Below, in pieces: positions 47,280 through 60,785 of a stretch of 64,000 bases of DNA (the stretch's first letter is position 1; the number at the start of each line of letters is the position of its first letter). The notes beneath the pieces were generated by a model. It saw nothing but the letters and a program-made list of their open reading frames with translations. It did no database searches and was not told where the DNA came from. This stretch comes from Squalus acanthias (taxonomy: Eukaryota). The DNA is taken from positions 122,762,001 through 122,826,000 of the forward strand of contig CM059431.1 of the NCBI GenBank assembly GCA_030390025.1, written 5' to 3'. Position numbers and translations under genes: made by a program.

Positions 47280-48950
47280 TATGTGATCTTTAGAGCACAG
47301 TCATGTGGGCTGTGCTGAGATTTTCAATTTGGCTTTGATCATTCTGTGCATTTTTATTTATGTAGTGGAAAGATTAGTGATGGATGTGGTGCTGAATAAA
47401 TGTGATATCTGTTGTTTTTGATGTAGGTTGAGTCTGCAGTGGGTGTTGATACTGTGGATATTTCTGTGTCCTGACAGTTGCATTATATGGTTGGTTCAAT
47501 TGATTGTCATATGTTTTTGAATCAAAAGTGTTGTGACTGAATGGTTTATCAATACTTTTTCATGTGTTATCTGTGCAATGGTCCACATTGAGCTTTTGGC
47601 ATGTTTGAAATTGGATTTGTTCCAGGCATAGAGCTCTACACCATCTTTAGCCGGGGTTGGGATTGTGTTTATAGGAGGGCAGGAGAATGTGTATGTGTTA
47701 CTGTTTCATTTTTAATATGACGTGCCTTTGATTTTATTTTTCTGTTGTGTTTAGTGTTCCATTCTGCATATTAAACTGAATATTTCAACTATTGCTTTGC
47801 ATTTTTGCCTGTTTTTAGTTGCGGATTTCCCCACCATTAACTCAATGGAGTCATGGTTTCCAAAACCTTGTACAATTATGAGCTACAATCACTTGATTGA
47901 TATTGGGTGTATGGTGAGGGCAGGTTACCCAGTTTGGTGTAATTTTTCTATGATACCACCTGTTATGCTTATCTACAACCTATAGCTCGGTGACTTTTCA
48001 AACCTAAGTTGTAGCCCTGCTTTATGCTGTCAAAATGTTGCATACCTTAGATCGTTTCAGATCCTCTGACATTGATTGTGAGTAACTTTGTTATTTCAAG
48101 TATTTATCAGTACTTTAAATTCTTCCAGCCTATTCATGCCTGATGATGGAAATTGTGAAGTGGCACATCTTATCTTGCTCTTCCACATTCATAGGATTAC
48201 TTAGTCACTTACTCAAAAATATAATCACTTTATTTGAGTTTTTTTCTGTGTTTATACCCAATGTTGTATTGTTTGAAAAAGTTCTCTTTGTACCACCATC
48301 TGTAATATATAGTGGGGTAATTTTCCACTTCACTGCTTGGGTGGCAAACTGGCAGAACAATTCACCCGCCCATTGTAGAACCCGCCTGATTTTTATTCTA
48401 TTGATTTGAATGGGATGAAAATTGGTCAGGTTCTGTATAGGATGGGCGATCTGCTGCTCTAAATTATTGTCCAGGCGATGAGGTGAAAAATACTCGGGTA
48501 TCTGAGTTGAATCTTAAGTCCCTGACACTATTTGCATGAGATTTAGTTTATGTTATTGCTTAGCGAATCATATTTTGCCAATGGATCCAGTTGAAGAGTT
48601 TCTCTTCCTGTGGGGCAGATTTCTGCATGCTTTTTGGTATGTTATTTGTCGTGTCTCAGAAGTATTTGAGACTTAGTTTATGTCATTGCAGGAACTTAGT
48701 TCTGCTGCTTTTCATACATAATCCTGTTACTGCTTTAGTATCTGCTGTTGTGAGGAGGTTTAATCACTTTGGGGTTGAATTTCCACAGGGGTTTCTTTTG
48801 ATCACCTGCTGCAACTTCCCCAGAATATGTCGTTTCAACCTCTTTATTGCAGCGATATTAAGCAGTTTTACCTGGCTCTTGATGGGCAATGTGTTGGTAA
48901 TGGATTGCTTTAATGGTGGATGTTTGAAAAAAACTGTTAGTTTTATGTAT
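47280..48950 (-). mobile_element. Possible very old A-rich LINE remnant
   Basis: Strong T bias on +; on - near 48050, gatctaaggtatgcaacattttgacagc resembles the RT 'DL..AFDS' motif. Confidence 0.25.
48314..48497. mobile_element. Short near-palindromic MITE
   Basis: ggggtaattttccacttcactgcttggg is imperfectly complementary to tccaggcgatgaggtgaaaaatactcg. Confidence 0.5.
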
Positions 48951-49469
48951 TGACATAAAGTAAATTCTGGAGTGTAAGAAGTATTGGGTTTAGAAATGAT
49001 CCACTATAAAAACACACTATGGACCCCACATATGTGATATCAATAAACATAAGACTATAAAAAAAATATGAATTAACATCAAACAGCAACATTTTTATCT
49101 TTCCCAGTGGTTCAACTCTCAATCCAAACCATATCTTGGAAATTTCATTAAGAGTGTAAACTCTACCAAAGCCAAGTCTGAACAGACATGTGGTAATTGA
49201 GACTTTGTGATGGTTTCATGAATAATGTAATTGAGCGGTGTTGATGTCTAGTGCATGGAAACAACAACGGGTTGCCCTTAAAATAGTGGGATGTGGGAAT
49301 CTCTGATTTCACAATCTTGGTTGTGGCACTGCACGGAGATGTTGGCTGAAGGGGGAGGGGTTGAGAAAGATCTGCTCCCGAGATGGTGAATGATAGAGAC
49401 TGAGATGAAATGGCTTAATTAGGGATACTGCACCCACCTAATTGATTCTCTGAAGAGACTTGTTCGTGC

Positions 49470-50795
49470 AATATAACATGATTAGGCAGAGTCAACATGG
49501 TTTTATGAAAGGGAAATCGTGTTTGACAAATGTATTAGAGTTTTTTGAGGATGTAACTAGCAGGGTAGATAAAGGGGAACCAGTGGATGTAGTATATTTG
49601 GATTTCCAAAAGGCATTCGATAAGGTGCCACATAAAAGGTTATTACACAAGATAAGGGCTCATGGGGTTGGGGGTAATATAGTAGCATGGATAGAGGATT
49701 GGTTAACAGACAGAAAACAGAGAGTAGGGATAAACGGGTCTTTTTCAGGTTGGCAGGCTGCAACTAGTGGGGTGCCGCAAGAATCAGTGTTGGGGTCTCA
49801 GTTATTTACAATCTATATTAATGATCTAGATGAAGGGACTGAGTGTAATTATATCCAGATTTTCTCAAGATACAAAGCTAGGTGGAACAGTAAGCTGTGA
49901 GGAGAACACAAAGAGTCTGCAAAGGGATATAGATAGACTTAGTGAGCGGGCAGTAAGGTGGCAGATGGAATATAATGTAGGAAAATGTGAGGTTATTCAC
50001 TTTGGTAGGAAGAATAGAAAAACAGAATATTTTTTAAATGGTAACAAACTTTCAAATGTTGGTGTTCAGAGAGATTTGGGTGTCCTCGTGCAAGAAACAC
50101 AGAAAGCTAGCATGCAGGTACAGCAACCAATAAGGAAGGCAAATGGCATGTTGGCCTTTATTGCAAAGTGGTTGGAGTATAAGAGTAAGGAAGTCTTGCT
50201 ACAATTGTACAGGGCCTTGGTGAGACCACACCTGGAGTACTGTGGACACAATTTTGGTCTCCTTACCGAAGGAAGGATATACTTGCCTTGGAGGCGGTGC
50301 AACAAAGGTTCACTAGATTGATTCCTGGGATGAGAGGGCTGTCCTATGATAGAGATTGTGTAGAATGAGCCTATACTCTCTGGAGTTTAGAAGAATGAGA
50401 GGTGATCTCGTTGAAACATGCAACATTCTGAAGGGGATTGACAGGGTAGATGTTGAGAGGTTGTTTCCCCTGGATGGAGCATCTAGAACTAGGGGACATA
50501 GTCTCAGGATAAGGGGTAGGCCATTTAAGACCGAGATGAGTAGGAATTTCTTCACTCAGAGAGTTATGAATCTTTGGAATTCTCTGCCCCAGAGGGCTGT
50601 GAATGCTGAGTCTTTGAGTATATTGAAGGCTGAGCTAGATAGATTTTTGGACTCTAGGGGAATCAAGGGATATGGAGATCAGGCGGGAAAGTGGAGTTGA
50701 GGTCAATGATCAGCCATGATCTTAACGAATGGTGGAACAGGCTCGAGGGGTCGTATGGCCAACTCCTGCTCCTATTTCTTATGTTCTTATGTTCT
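49470..50795 (+). mobile_element. CR1 LINE, 3' 1.3 kb
   Basis: [43 protein letters not shown]; 3'UTR and (TTCTTATG)n tail. Confidence 0.95.
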
Positions 50796-50894
50796 AATAT
50801 GTTAGTGCAAGGCTGTGGGAAAAGAGCAGTTGAGTGGGACTAATTAGATGGTTCTTTCAAAGAGCAGGCACAGACATGATGGGAATAGAATTCT

Positions 50895-52182
50895 GAATTC
50901 CTTTCTGTGGATTAATTAAGGAAAGCCAGCATGGATTCGTTAAAGGGAAATCGTGTTTAACTAACTTGATCGAGTTTTTTGATGAAGTAATATAGAGGGT
51001 TGAAAAGGGCAATGTGGTTGATATGGTGTACATGGACTTCCAAAAGGCATTTGATAAAGTGCCACATAATAGGCTTGCCAGCAAAGTTGAAGCCCATGGA
51101 ATAAAAGGGACAGTGGCAGCATGGGTACGAAATTGGCTAAGTAACAGGAAACAGAGAGTAGTGGTGAACGGTTGTTTTTTCGAGGAAGGTGTACAGTGGT
51201 GTTCCCCAGGGGTCGGTACTAGGACCACTGCTTTCCTTGATATATATTAATGACTTGGACTTGGGTGTACAGGGCACAATTTCAAAATTTGCAGATGACA
51301 CAAAATTGACGCAAATAGTGACAGACTTCAAGAGGACATAGACAGGCTGGTGGAATGGTGGACACGCGGCAGCTGAAATTTAACGCAGAAAAGTGCAAAG
51401 TGATACATTTTGGTAGGAAGAACGAGGAAAGGCAATATAAACTAAAGAGTACAATTGTAAAGGGAGTGCATGAACAGTGGGACCTGGGGGTATATGTGTA
51501 CAAATTGTTGAAGGTGGCAGGGCAGATTGAGAAAGCGGTTAAAAATGCATATGGAATCCTGGGCTTCATAAATAGAGGTATAGAGTACAAAAGCAAGGAA
51601 GTTACAATAAACCTTTATAAAACACTGCGGCTGCAACTGGAGTATTGTGTCCAATTCTGGGCACCACACTTTAGGAAGGATGTGAAGGACTTAGAGAGGG
51701 TGCAGAAAAGATTTACATGAATTATGATTTCATGGATGAGGGACTTCAGTTATGTGGATAGACTGGAGATGCTGGGGTTGTTCTCCTTAGAACAGAGAAG
51801 GTTGAGAGGAGATCTGATGGAGGTGTTCAAAATCATGAGAGGTCTAGACAGAGAAGATAGAGAGAAACTGTTCCCATTGGTGGAAGGGTCAAGAATCAGA
51901 GGACACAGATTTAAGGTGATTGGCAGAAGAACCAAAGGCGACATGAGGAAAAACCTTTTTACGCAGTGAATGGTTAGGATCTGGAATGCACTGCCTAAGA
52001 GAGTAGATTCAATTGTGGCTTTCAAAAGGGAATTGGATAAGTACCTGAAGGAAAAAAAAATGCATGACTACGGGGAAAGGGTAGGGGAGTGGGACTAGCT
52101 GAAGTGCTCTTGCAGAGAGCCGGCACGGGCTCGATGGACCAAATGGCCTCCTTCTGTGCTGTAACCATTCTATGATTCTGTG
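50895..52182 (+). mobile_element. CR1 LINE, different subfamily, 3' 1.3 kb
   Basis: [31 protein letters not shown]; tail ccattctatgattct. Confidence 0.93.
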
Positions 52183-52431
52183 TATTCTTTCAGTTTTGGG
52201 TTTGTGATGGATGGCAGTGTAAATATAGACTTTTGTCTTATGAAGGAACTTGGCAGAAGTCTGACAGTGAGGGACTTTGTGAGGGTGTGGGAGAGAACAG
52301 GCAGGTATCACATGACTTTATTTGGTGAGTGAACCTTTGTGTTGTAAGCACTGGGTATCAGTTGCACCCACTTTCTCTGGCTGCTTGCTGCCCTGCCCCA
52401 CATCCGCTCCTTCCTGTGAACAGTGTTCATG

Positions 52432-52790
52432 CTAAATGGAGGGAAGTTCTTCCACCTCCTCTTCATCATCATTGCTTTCAGCTTCCAGAAGGAGCAAGCC
52501 TTCCTTCATTGTGATATTATGCAGAATGCAGCAAACGTCATTGCTTTTTGAGACACTCGCTGTGCTGAATTGAGCCACTCCACCAGATTTATCCAGGCAC
52601 CTAGCATGGAACATGAGAATTCCTATGGCCTGCTCTAAGTCACCTTGTAGTCCCATGAGCCTTAATGTATCACTTGTTCTCCTCTGACTGTGGAAGGCTT
52701 ACTAGAGTCCTCAGTCATGGCTACAGCAAACCGCCCTGATTACCAATCAACCATGAGGGCTGACATTGTGGATTGTTTCAAGAGGAGAAA
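52432..52790 (-). pseudogene. Old Harbinger transposase C-terminal remnant
   Basis: LEQAIGIL..RCLDKSGG..CCILHNI plus an acidic tail. Confidence 0.65.
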
Positions 52791-53496
52791 CTTTTTTTAT
52801 TTAGAGGAATGTGAGACCGTGGAATGAACTGCCAGAGTTTGTGACTAAGTAGAGATCAAGTCAACATTTAAGATTAGGTTAGATAGGTAATTGAAGGAAA
52901 AGGATATGGGAACAGAGCGGGCACATGGGATGAGGACTATTGCTCTTGCAAAAATGATGAGGTACAGTATCCATGAGATATACCAGGGGGAGAAGCATCA
53001 GACAGCTGACTCTCTTATGACAAGCATGTCTTGGAGCGTCTGGAGAGGGTCTCTGCACTGGCTATCTGTGATAGAGAAGCTGGTGGCCCTGTGCCAGCTG
53101 TAGTTGTGTCTTCTCTGTGTTTAGCTTTTGCATGGCCTCCTGCAGCAGCATAGGCTATCAACCAGCATAACTTACCTCCGAAATCTCCACAAAGTCACTC
53201 TGAGGCCATGGCTACTGGCGGTGCTGGACAGATCGATGATTATGGTATCTGCATACCTAATCCTTTTTCTCTCTTCCCACTTCCACTTATCATACCACAA
53301 TTACTTCTGACTCTCTTCACAAGCTACAGATGGTGTAAGCACGCACTTCTTACTTTCACCTCGCCCCTCAACACAATCCAACCCTTGTCCCTTTTTCATA
53401 GAAACATAGAAACATAGAAGATAGGAGCAGGAGTAGGCCATTCGGCCCCTCGAGCCTGCTCCGGCATTCGATGAGATCGTGGCTGAGCATCCAAAT

Positions 53497-56332
53497 TCAG
53501 TACCCTGTACCTGCCTTCTCCCCATATCCCTTGATACCTTTAGCTTTAAGAAATATATCTAACTCATTCTTGAATATATTTAATGACGTGGCCTCAACTA
53601 CCTTAGTGGTAGAGAATTCCACAGGTTCACCACTCTCTGGGTGAAGAAATTCTTCCTCATTTCTGTCCTAAATGGCTTACCCGTTATCCTTAGATTATGA
53701 CCCCTGGTTCTGGACTCTCCAACCATCGGGAACATTCTTCCTGCATCTAGTTTGTCCAGACCTGTCAGAATTTTATATGTTTCGATGAGATCCCCACTCA
53801 TTCTTCTATACTCCAGCGATTATAAGCCCAATCGACCCAATCTCACCTCATATGTCATTCCTGCCATCCCAGGTATCAGCCTTGTGAATCTTTGCTGAAC
53901 TCCTTCCATGGCAAGAACATCCTTCCTCAGATAAGGCGACCAAAACTGCACACAGTACTCAAGGTGTGGTCTCACCAAGGCCCTGTACAACTGCAGCAGG
54001 ACATCCCTGTTCCTATACTCAAACCCTTTCGCTATGAAGGCCAACATACCATTTGCCTTCTTCACCGCCTGCTGCACCTGCATGCTTACTTTCAGCGACT
54101 GGTGCACAAGGACACCCAGGTCTCGTTGCACTTCCCCTTCTCCCAATCTATTGCCATTCAGATAATAGTCTGCCTTTCTGTTTTTGACACCAAAGTGGAT
54201 AACCTCGCACTTATCCATATTATATTGCATCTGCCACGCTTCTGCCCACTCACCCAACCTGTCCAAATCATCCTGGAGTTTCTCGGTATCCTCCTCGCAG
54301 CACACACTCCCACCCAGCTTTGTGTCATCTGCAAACTTGGAGATATTACATTTAGTTCCCTTATCTAGATCATTAATGTATATTGTGAATAGCTGGGGTC
54401 CAAGGACCGATCCCTGCGGTACCCCACTAGTCACTGCTTGCCACTCGGAAAAAGACCCATTAATTCCTACTCTCTGCTTTCTGTCCACCAACCAGTTCTC
54501 TATCCAAGTCAATACCTTGCCCCCAATCCCATGTGCCTTAACTTTACACGCTAATCTCTTATGCGGGACCTTATCGAAAGCCTTTTGAAAGTCCAAATAC
54601 ACCACATCTACTGGTTCTCCCTTATCTATTTTCCCAGTTACATCCTCAAAAAATTCCAGTAGATCAGTCAAGCACGATTTACCTTTTGTAAATCCATGTT
54701 GACTTTGTCCGATCCTGTCACTGTTTTTCAAGTGCTCAGCTATTACATCCTTTATAATGGACTCTAGCATTTTCCCCAATACCGATGTCAGGCTTACTCT
54801 ACCACCCTTTTTGAATAGTGGGGTAACATTAGCTACCCTCCAATCCATGGGTACAGTTCCAGATTCCATCGAATGTTGGAAGATGATCAGCAATGCATCT
54901 ATTATTTCTAGGGCCACTTCCTTAAGTACCCTAGGATGTTGATTATCAGGCCCTGGGGATTTATCGGCCTTCAATCCCGTCAATTTCCCTAACACCATTT
55001 CCCTGCAAATACTGATTTCTTTCAGTTCCTCCCTTTCATCAGACCGTATGTTCTCCAACATCTCTTGGAGCTTATTTGTGTCCTCCTTTGTGAAGACAGA
55101 ACCAAAATATGCATTTAATTGGGCTGCCATTTCTTTGTTCCCCATTATAACTTTCCCGCTTCTGACTGCAAGGGACCTACACTTGATTTCACTAATCTTT
55201 TTCTCTTCACATATCTATAAAAGCTCTTACAGTCAGTTTTTATGTTCCCAGCAAGCTTACTTTCATATTCTATTTTCCCCTTCTTAATTAATCCCTTTGT
55301 CCTCCTTTGTTGAATCCTAAACTGCTCCCAATCCTCAGGGCTACCGCTTTTTCTGGTCAATTTATATGCCCTCTCCTTGGATCTTATGCTATCCCTAATT
55401 TCCCTTGTTAGCCATGGTTGAGTCACCCTTTTTGTTTTATTCTTATGCCACACTGGGATGAACAAATTCTGTAGTTCATCCATGCAGTCTTTGAATGTTT
55501 GCCATTGCCTATCCACCGTCAACCCCTTGAGTGACATTCCCCAATCAATCCTATCCAATTCGTGCCTCATACCATCGTAGTTTCCTTTATTTAAATTCAG
55601 GACCCTAGTCTCTGATTCAACTACTTCACTCTACATCCTAATGAAGAATTCTATCATATTATGATCACTCTGACCCAAGGGGCCTCGTACAACAAGATTG
55701 CTAATTAATCCTTTCTCGTTACATAATACCCAGTCTAAGATGGCCTGATCTCTGGTTGGTTCCTCGACATATTGTTCCAGAAAACCATCCCGTAAACATT
55801 CTAGGAATTCCACCTCCACAGTATTTTTACTAATTTGGTTAGCCCAATCTATATGTAAATTAAAGTCACCCATGATGACTGCTGTGCCCTTACTGCATGC
55901 TTCTCTAATTTCCCTTTTAATGTCGTCCTCAACCTCCATATTACTGTTTGGAGGTCTATATACCACTCCCACTAACGTTTTCTTCCCCTTGTTATTTCTC
56001 AGTTCTACCCATACAGATTCCGCATCATCAGAGCTAATATCCTTCCTTTCAATTGTGTTAATCCCCTCTTTAACCAGCAATGATACCGCACCTCCCTTTC
56101 TTTTTTGCCTATCTTTCCTAAATATTGAATAACCCTGGATGTTGAGTTCCCAGCCTTGGCCACCCTGGAGCCATGTTTCTGTAATCCCAATCAAATCGTA
56201 TTCATTTAAATCTATTTGCGCAGCTAATTCATCCACCTTGTTCTGAATGCTCTTTGCATTAAGACACAAAGCCTTCAGGCTTGTTTTTTTAATGCTCTCA
56301 GACCTATATGAATTATTATTTACTGTGACCAT
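53497..56332 (-). pseudogene. CR1 ORF2 (APE endonuclease + reverse transcriptase), few lesions
   Basis: [71 protein letters not shown]; breaks at ~55631, ~55145, ~53820 and ~53598. Confidence 0.95.
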
Positions 56333-56454
56333 GTTTGATTTAAACCGTTGAGTTATTTGCCTTCTACTTTTGTTTTTCTCCTTCCTGTCTTTAGCTTTTA
56401 TCCTTGTTTCCCTTTCCTCTGTCTCCCTGCTCAGGTTCCCAACCCCCTGCCACT

Positions 56455-57403
56455 TTAGTTTAAACCCTCCCCAACAGCACTAGCAAACACTCCCCTAGGA
56501 CATTGGTCCCGGCCCTGCCCAGGTGCAGACCGTCCCATTTGTACTGGTCCCACCTCCCCCAGAACCGGTTCCAATGTCCAAGGAATTTGAATCCCTCCCC
56601 CTTGCACCATTCCTCTAGCCACGTATTCATTTGAAATATCCTCCTATTTCTACTCTGACTAGCACGTAGCACTGGTAGCAATCCTGGGATTACTACCTTT
56701 GAGGTCCTCTTTTTTAATTTACCTCCTAACTCCCTATATTCTGCTTTTAGGACCTCATCCCGTTTTTTACCTATATCGTTGATGCCTATGTGCACCACGA
56801 CAACTGGCTGTTCACCCTCCCCCTCCAAAATGTTCTGTAGCCGCTCCGAGACATCCTTGACCCTTGCACCAGGGAGGCAACACACCATCCTGTAGTCTCG
56901 TTTGCGTCCGCAGAAACGCCTATCTATTCTCCTTACAATTGAATCCCCTATCACTATAGCTCTTCCACACTTTTTCCTCCCAGCCTGTGCAGCAGAGCCA
57001 CCCATGGTGCCAGGAAGTTGGCTGCTGCCGCCTTCCCCTGATAAGTCATCCCCCCAACAGCATCCAAAGTGGTATATCTGTTTGAGAGGGGGATGGCCAC
57101 AGGGGACCCCTGCACTACCTGCCTACACCTCTTACTCTGCCTGGTGGTCACCCATTCACTTCCTGCCTGTACACCCTTTACCTGCGGTGTGACCAACTCG
57201 CTAAACTTGTTATCCACGACATTCTCAGCGTCGCAAATGCTCCAATATGCATCCAGCCGCAGCTCCAATGCCGCAATGCGGTCCGTCAGTAGCTGCAGCT
57301 GTATACATTTCCCACACACATGGTCGTCAGGGATACAGGAAGCGTCCCTGATTTCCCACATATAGCAGGAGGAACATATCACGGCGCCGAGCTCTCCTGC
57401 CAT
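56455..57403 (-). pseudogene. CR1 ORF1 (CxxC..CxxC zinc finger/leucine zipper + SGNH/GDSL esterase), frameshifted
   Basis: ICSSCYMW..HVCGKCIQLQLLTDRIAALELRL; IVIGDSIVR, CLPGARVKD, VHIGINDI, DGLHL. Confidence 0.9.
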
Positions 57404-57674
57404 GACTTACCCTTTAATTAATTAATTAAAATTAAACTAATTTAATCCCACCAATTTCACTTCAATTAAATGATATACTCAAGGGCCCTTGCTTAACAGC
57501 AGTCCCCGCTACACCACAGAGACTCTAGAAACTATAAACCACAGAATTTAAGTATGGAAAAAAAGGAGAAAAAGAGAAATACTCACCAACCAATCACTTA
57601 CCTGCTTTCTGGTGACGTCACACTTTGATTATTTTTTACTTCTCTCTCTCCCGCTCTCGGGGCTCAGATTGGTC

Positions 57675-57976
57675 GCCTACCTGATCGCCGCCGCCTTTTA
57701 TACCGCCGCCGCCTCGCCGCTGCTGCTCCACCCAGGTCCGCCGCCTCTGTGGGCCTACCTGGTCACCGCCGCCTCTTTTATGGCCGCCGCCTCGCCGCTG
57801 CCGCTCCACCCAGGTCCGCCGCCTCTGTGGGCCTACCTGGTCGCTGCCGCCTTTTAAGCCGCCGCCTCGCCGCTGCCGCTCCACCCAGGTCCGCCGCCTC
57901 TCTGGGCCTACCTGGTCGCTGCCGCCTCTTTTATGGCTGCCGCCTCGCCGCTGCTGCTCCACCCAGGTCCGCCACC
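57675..57976 (-). repeat. Four ~75-bp GC-rich tandem monomers forming the CR1 5' end
   Basis: Unit gcctacctggtc..ccgcc(tc)ttttat..gccgccgcctcgccgctgc.gctccacccaggtccgccgcctctgtgg repeated 4 times. Confidence 0.92.
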
Positions 57977-57985
57977 TCATTTCAG

Positions 57986-60620
57986 ATACCCAAGAACTAG
58001 AACCTTCCCAGTAAGAGGAGGAAGAGGAAGAAGACAGTGATGATGAAGAGATACCATCACTCAACGACAACAACAAACTTGTATTTATATAGTGCCTTTA
58101 ACGTAGTAAAACATCCCAAGGCGCTTCACAGGAGTATTATAAAACAAAATTTGATACTGAGCCACACAAGGAGAAGTTAGGGCAGATGACCAAAAGCTTG
58201 CTGAAAGAGGTAGGTTTTAAGGAGCATCTTAAAGGAGGAGAGAGAGGTGGAGAGGTGGAGAGGTTTAGGGAGGGAATTCCAGAGCTTGGGACTGTGCAGC
58301 TGAAGTCACGGCGACCAAAGGTTGAGCGATTATAATCAGGGATGCTCAAGAGGGCAGAATTAGAGGAGCGCAGATATCTCGGTTGGCGGGGGTGGGGTTG
58401 TGGTACTGGAGGAGATTACAGAGATAGGGAGGGGTGAGGCCATGGAGGGATTTGAAAACAAGGATGAGAATTTTAAAATTGAGGCATTGCTTAACCGGGA
58501 GCCAATGTCAGTCAGTGAGCACAGGGGTGCTGTGCTGGGCGAATGGGACTTGGTGCGAGATATGACACGCGCAGCCGAGTTTTGGATAAACTCAAGTTTA
58601 CGTAGGGTAGAATGTGGGAGGCCAGCCAAGAGTGCATTGGAATAGTCAAATCTAGAGGTAACAAAGGCATAGATGAGGGTTTCAGCAGAGGATGAGCTGT
58701 GGCGGGGTGGAGAAGGGCGATATTATGGAGGTCAAAAGGCAGTCTTAGTTATGGCATGGATACGTGGTCGGAAGCTCATTTCAGGGTCAAATATGACACC
58801 AAGGTTGCGAACCGTCTGGTTCAGCCTCAGACAGATGTTAGGGAGAGGGATGGAGTTGGTGGCTAGGGAACGGAATTTGTTGCGGGGACTGAAGACAATG
58901 GCTTTGGTCTTCCCAATATTTAGTTGGAGGAAATTTCTGCTCATCCAGTACTGGATGTCAGAATTTAGAGAACGTGGAGGGTTCGAGAAAAGTGGTGGTG
59001 AGGTAGAGTTGAGTGTCATCAGCATTCATGTGGAAACTGATGCCGTGTTTTCAGATGAAGTCACCAAGGGGAAGCATATAGATGAGAAATAGGAGGGGGC
59101 CAAGGATAGATCCTTGGGGGACACCAGAGGTAACGATGCTAGAGTGGGAAGAGATGCCATTGCAGGTGATTCACTGGCTAGATAAGAATGGAACCAGGCG
59201 AGTGCAGTCCCACCCAGCTGGACGACGGTGGAGAGGCGTTGGAGAAGGATGGAGTGGTCAACTGTGTCAAAGGCTGCAGACAAGTCAAGAAGGATGAGGA
59301 GGGATAGTTTACCTTTTTCACAGTCACATAGGATGTCATTTGTGACTTTGATGAGAGCCGTTTCGATACTGTGGCAGTGGCGAAAACCTGATTGGAGGAA
59401 TTCAAACATGGAGTTCCGGGAAAGATGGGCACGGATTTGGGAGATGACAACACGTTCAAAGACTTTGGAGAGGAAAGGGATGTTGGAGATGGGGCAGTAA
59501 TTTGCAAGGACAGAGGGGTCAAGGGTTGTTCTTTTGAAGAGAGGTGTGATGACGGCAGATTTGAAGGGTGGGGGTACAGTACCTGAGGAGAGAAAATGTT
59601 AACAATATCATGAGAGCGAGGAAAGGAAGTTGGGTGGTCAGCAGTTTAGTGGGAATAGGGTCGAGGGAGCAGGAAGTGGTTCTCATGGACAAGATGAGCA
59701 CGGAGAGTGCTTGAGGGGAGATCGGAGAAAAACTGGAGAAAGATGCGAGTTCAGGGCTAGGGCAGTGGAGAACCTTAGAGGACTCAATCTTAAGCTCACA
59801 GCTATCAACTCAGAGACTGACATGATGCATATTTTAGAGGCTAGGATAGAAGAGGAATCTGCACGTGGTGAGACACCGGGCACAAGTGTGCAGGAGCTCG
59901 GGTCAGGGGAAAGGATAACAAAGGTTAGATCGCTGGAGGGTGAGGTCGCACACCAGTTCTGCTGCAGAAGAGTCAGATGATGATTTTGATGGGCCAGGCT
60001 ACAGAAGCACTGGAAAGCCTGCCAGAAAGCCTGTGCTCAGTGTCAAGGAGCATGGAGGAGTCCAGCACTAACTTGGCACAGGGCTTTGTGAAGAGCTTGG
60101 AGCCCAATCTTTCCAACATGTAACGTGTGGTCACTTCATTAGCACACCTGTGGAACCCACCATGATGCAGTATCTGATGGCCGATATCACAGCTTCCATT
60201 GCAGCACAAACAGCTTCCATCAAAGGTCTCAGTGCTGCAGTGGAAACTCAGACTGCTGCCATCGTGGCCCTGGATACTAGTGTTCAAAGGGGCTTCCAGG
60301 GCGTCACAGCTGTCCATTAATTTGGTCTCCAACAGATCAGTAGGATTGCTGAGGAACTGCCTCGGGAGTGTGCCAATGGTTCCATGAAACACGAACCTGC
60401 TGTCCTCTCTTAGGCTGACAGCATTCCTGCTCCAACCCCTGCCACTCCGCCAGTGCCTTTGCTGTTGCCTGTCAGCCAGCCGGCAGACTTCTGCAGCCCA
60501 GGCCTTGGAGGTCAGCAACTTCTCACCACCTATGCTACAGCCACTGGGGAAGTACCTCACCTTACACTAGAATAGGCAAAGGCACATGGAAGACAGGCTC
60601 TAAGGGAATGCACAAGGGTA
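57986..60620 (+). pseudogene. Myb/SANT-like gene exon 3, split by an L2 insertion
   Basis: tttcag|atacccaagaact acceptor same as 5787; acidic stretch, coiled-coil-like region and Pro/Ser-rich C-terminus shared with the other copies. Confidence 0.75.
58065..59781 (-). mobile_element. L2 LINE, 5'-truncated
   Basis: CSLDPIPTKLL, QSGFRHCHSIETALIKVTNDIL, LLDLSAAFDTVDH, WMSRNFLQLNIGKT; (TTG)n tail; TSD actcaa at 58059-58064 and 59782-59787. Confidence 0.95.
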
Positions 60621-60785
60621 ATTCATTTAATTTTGTATGCACTATATAATGAGTGAATTTATGAAATTGGATTGGAATGTGATTTTTATTTTTGTGTTGT
60701 TGGAAAGAGCATGATGTGATTGTCAGTGATAGAGGAAATGTAAGGAGTGTGGGACTGTTGGTGAATGCAGAGTTGTGGGTTGAGG

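Larger units (their letters stand above)
53400..57976 (-). mobile_element. Full-length CR1 LINE (~4.6 kb)
   Basis: Tandem-repeat 5'UTR, ORF1, ORF2, 3'UTR and (CTATGTTT)n tail; apparent TSD tcat at 53396-53399 and 57977-57980; removing it restores the host intron acceptor. Confidence 0.95.

Noticed and set aside
57675..57976. CRISPR-like repeat array
   Set aside because: Head-to-tail tandem units with no unique spacers, eukaryotic context and no cas genes.
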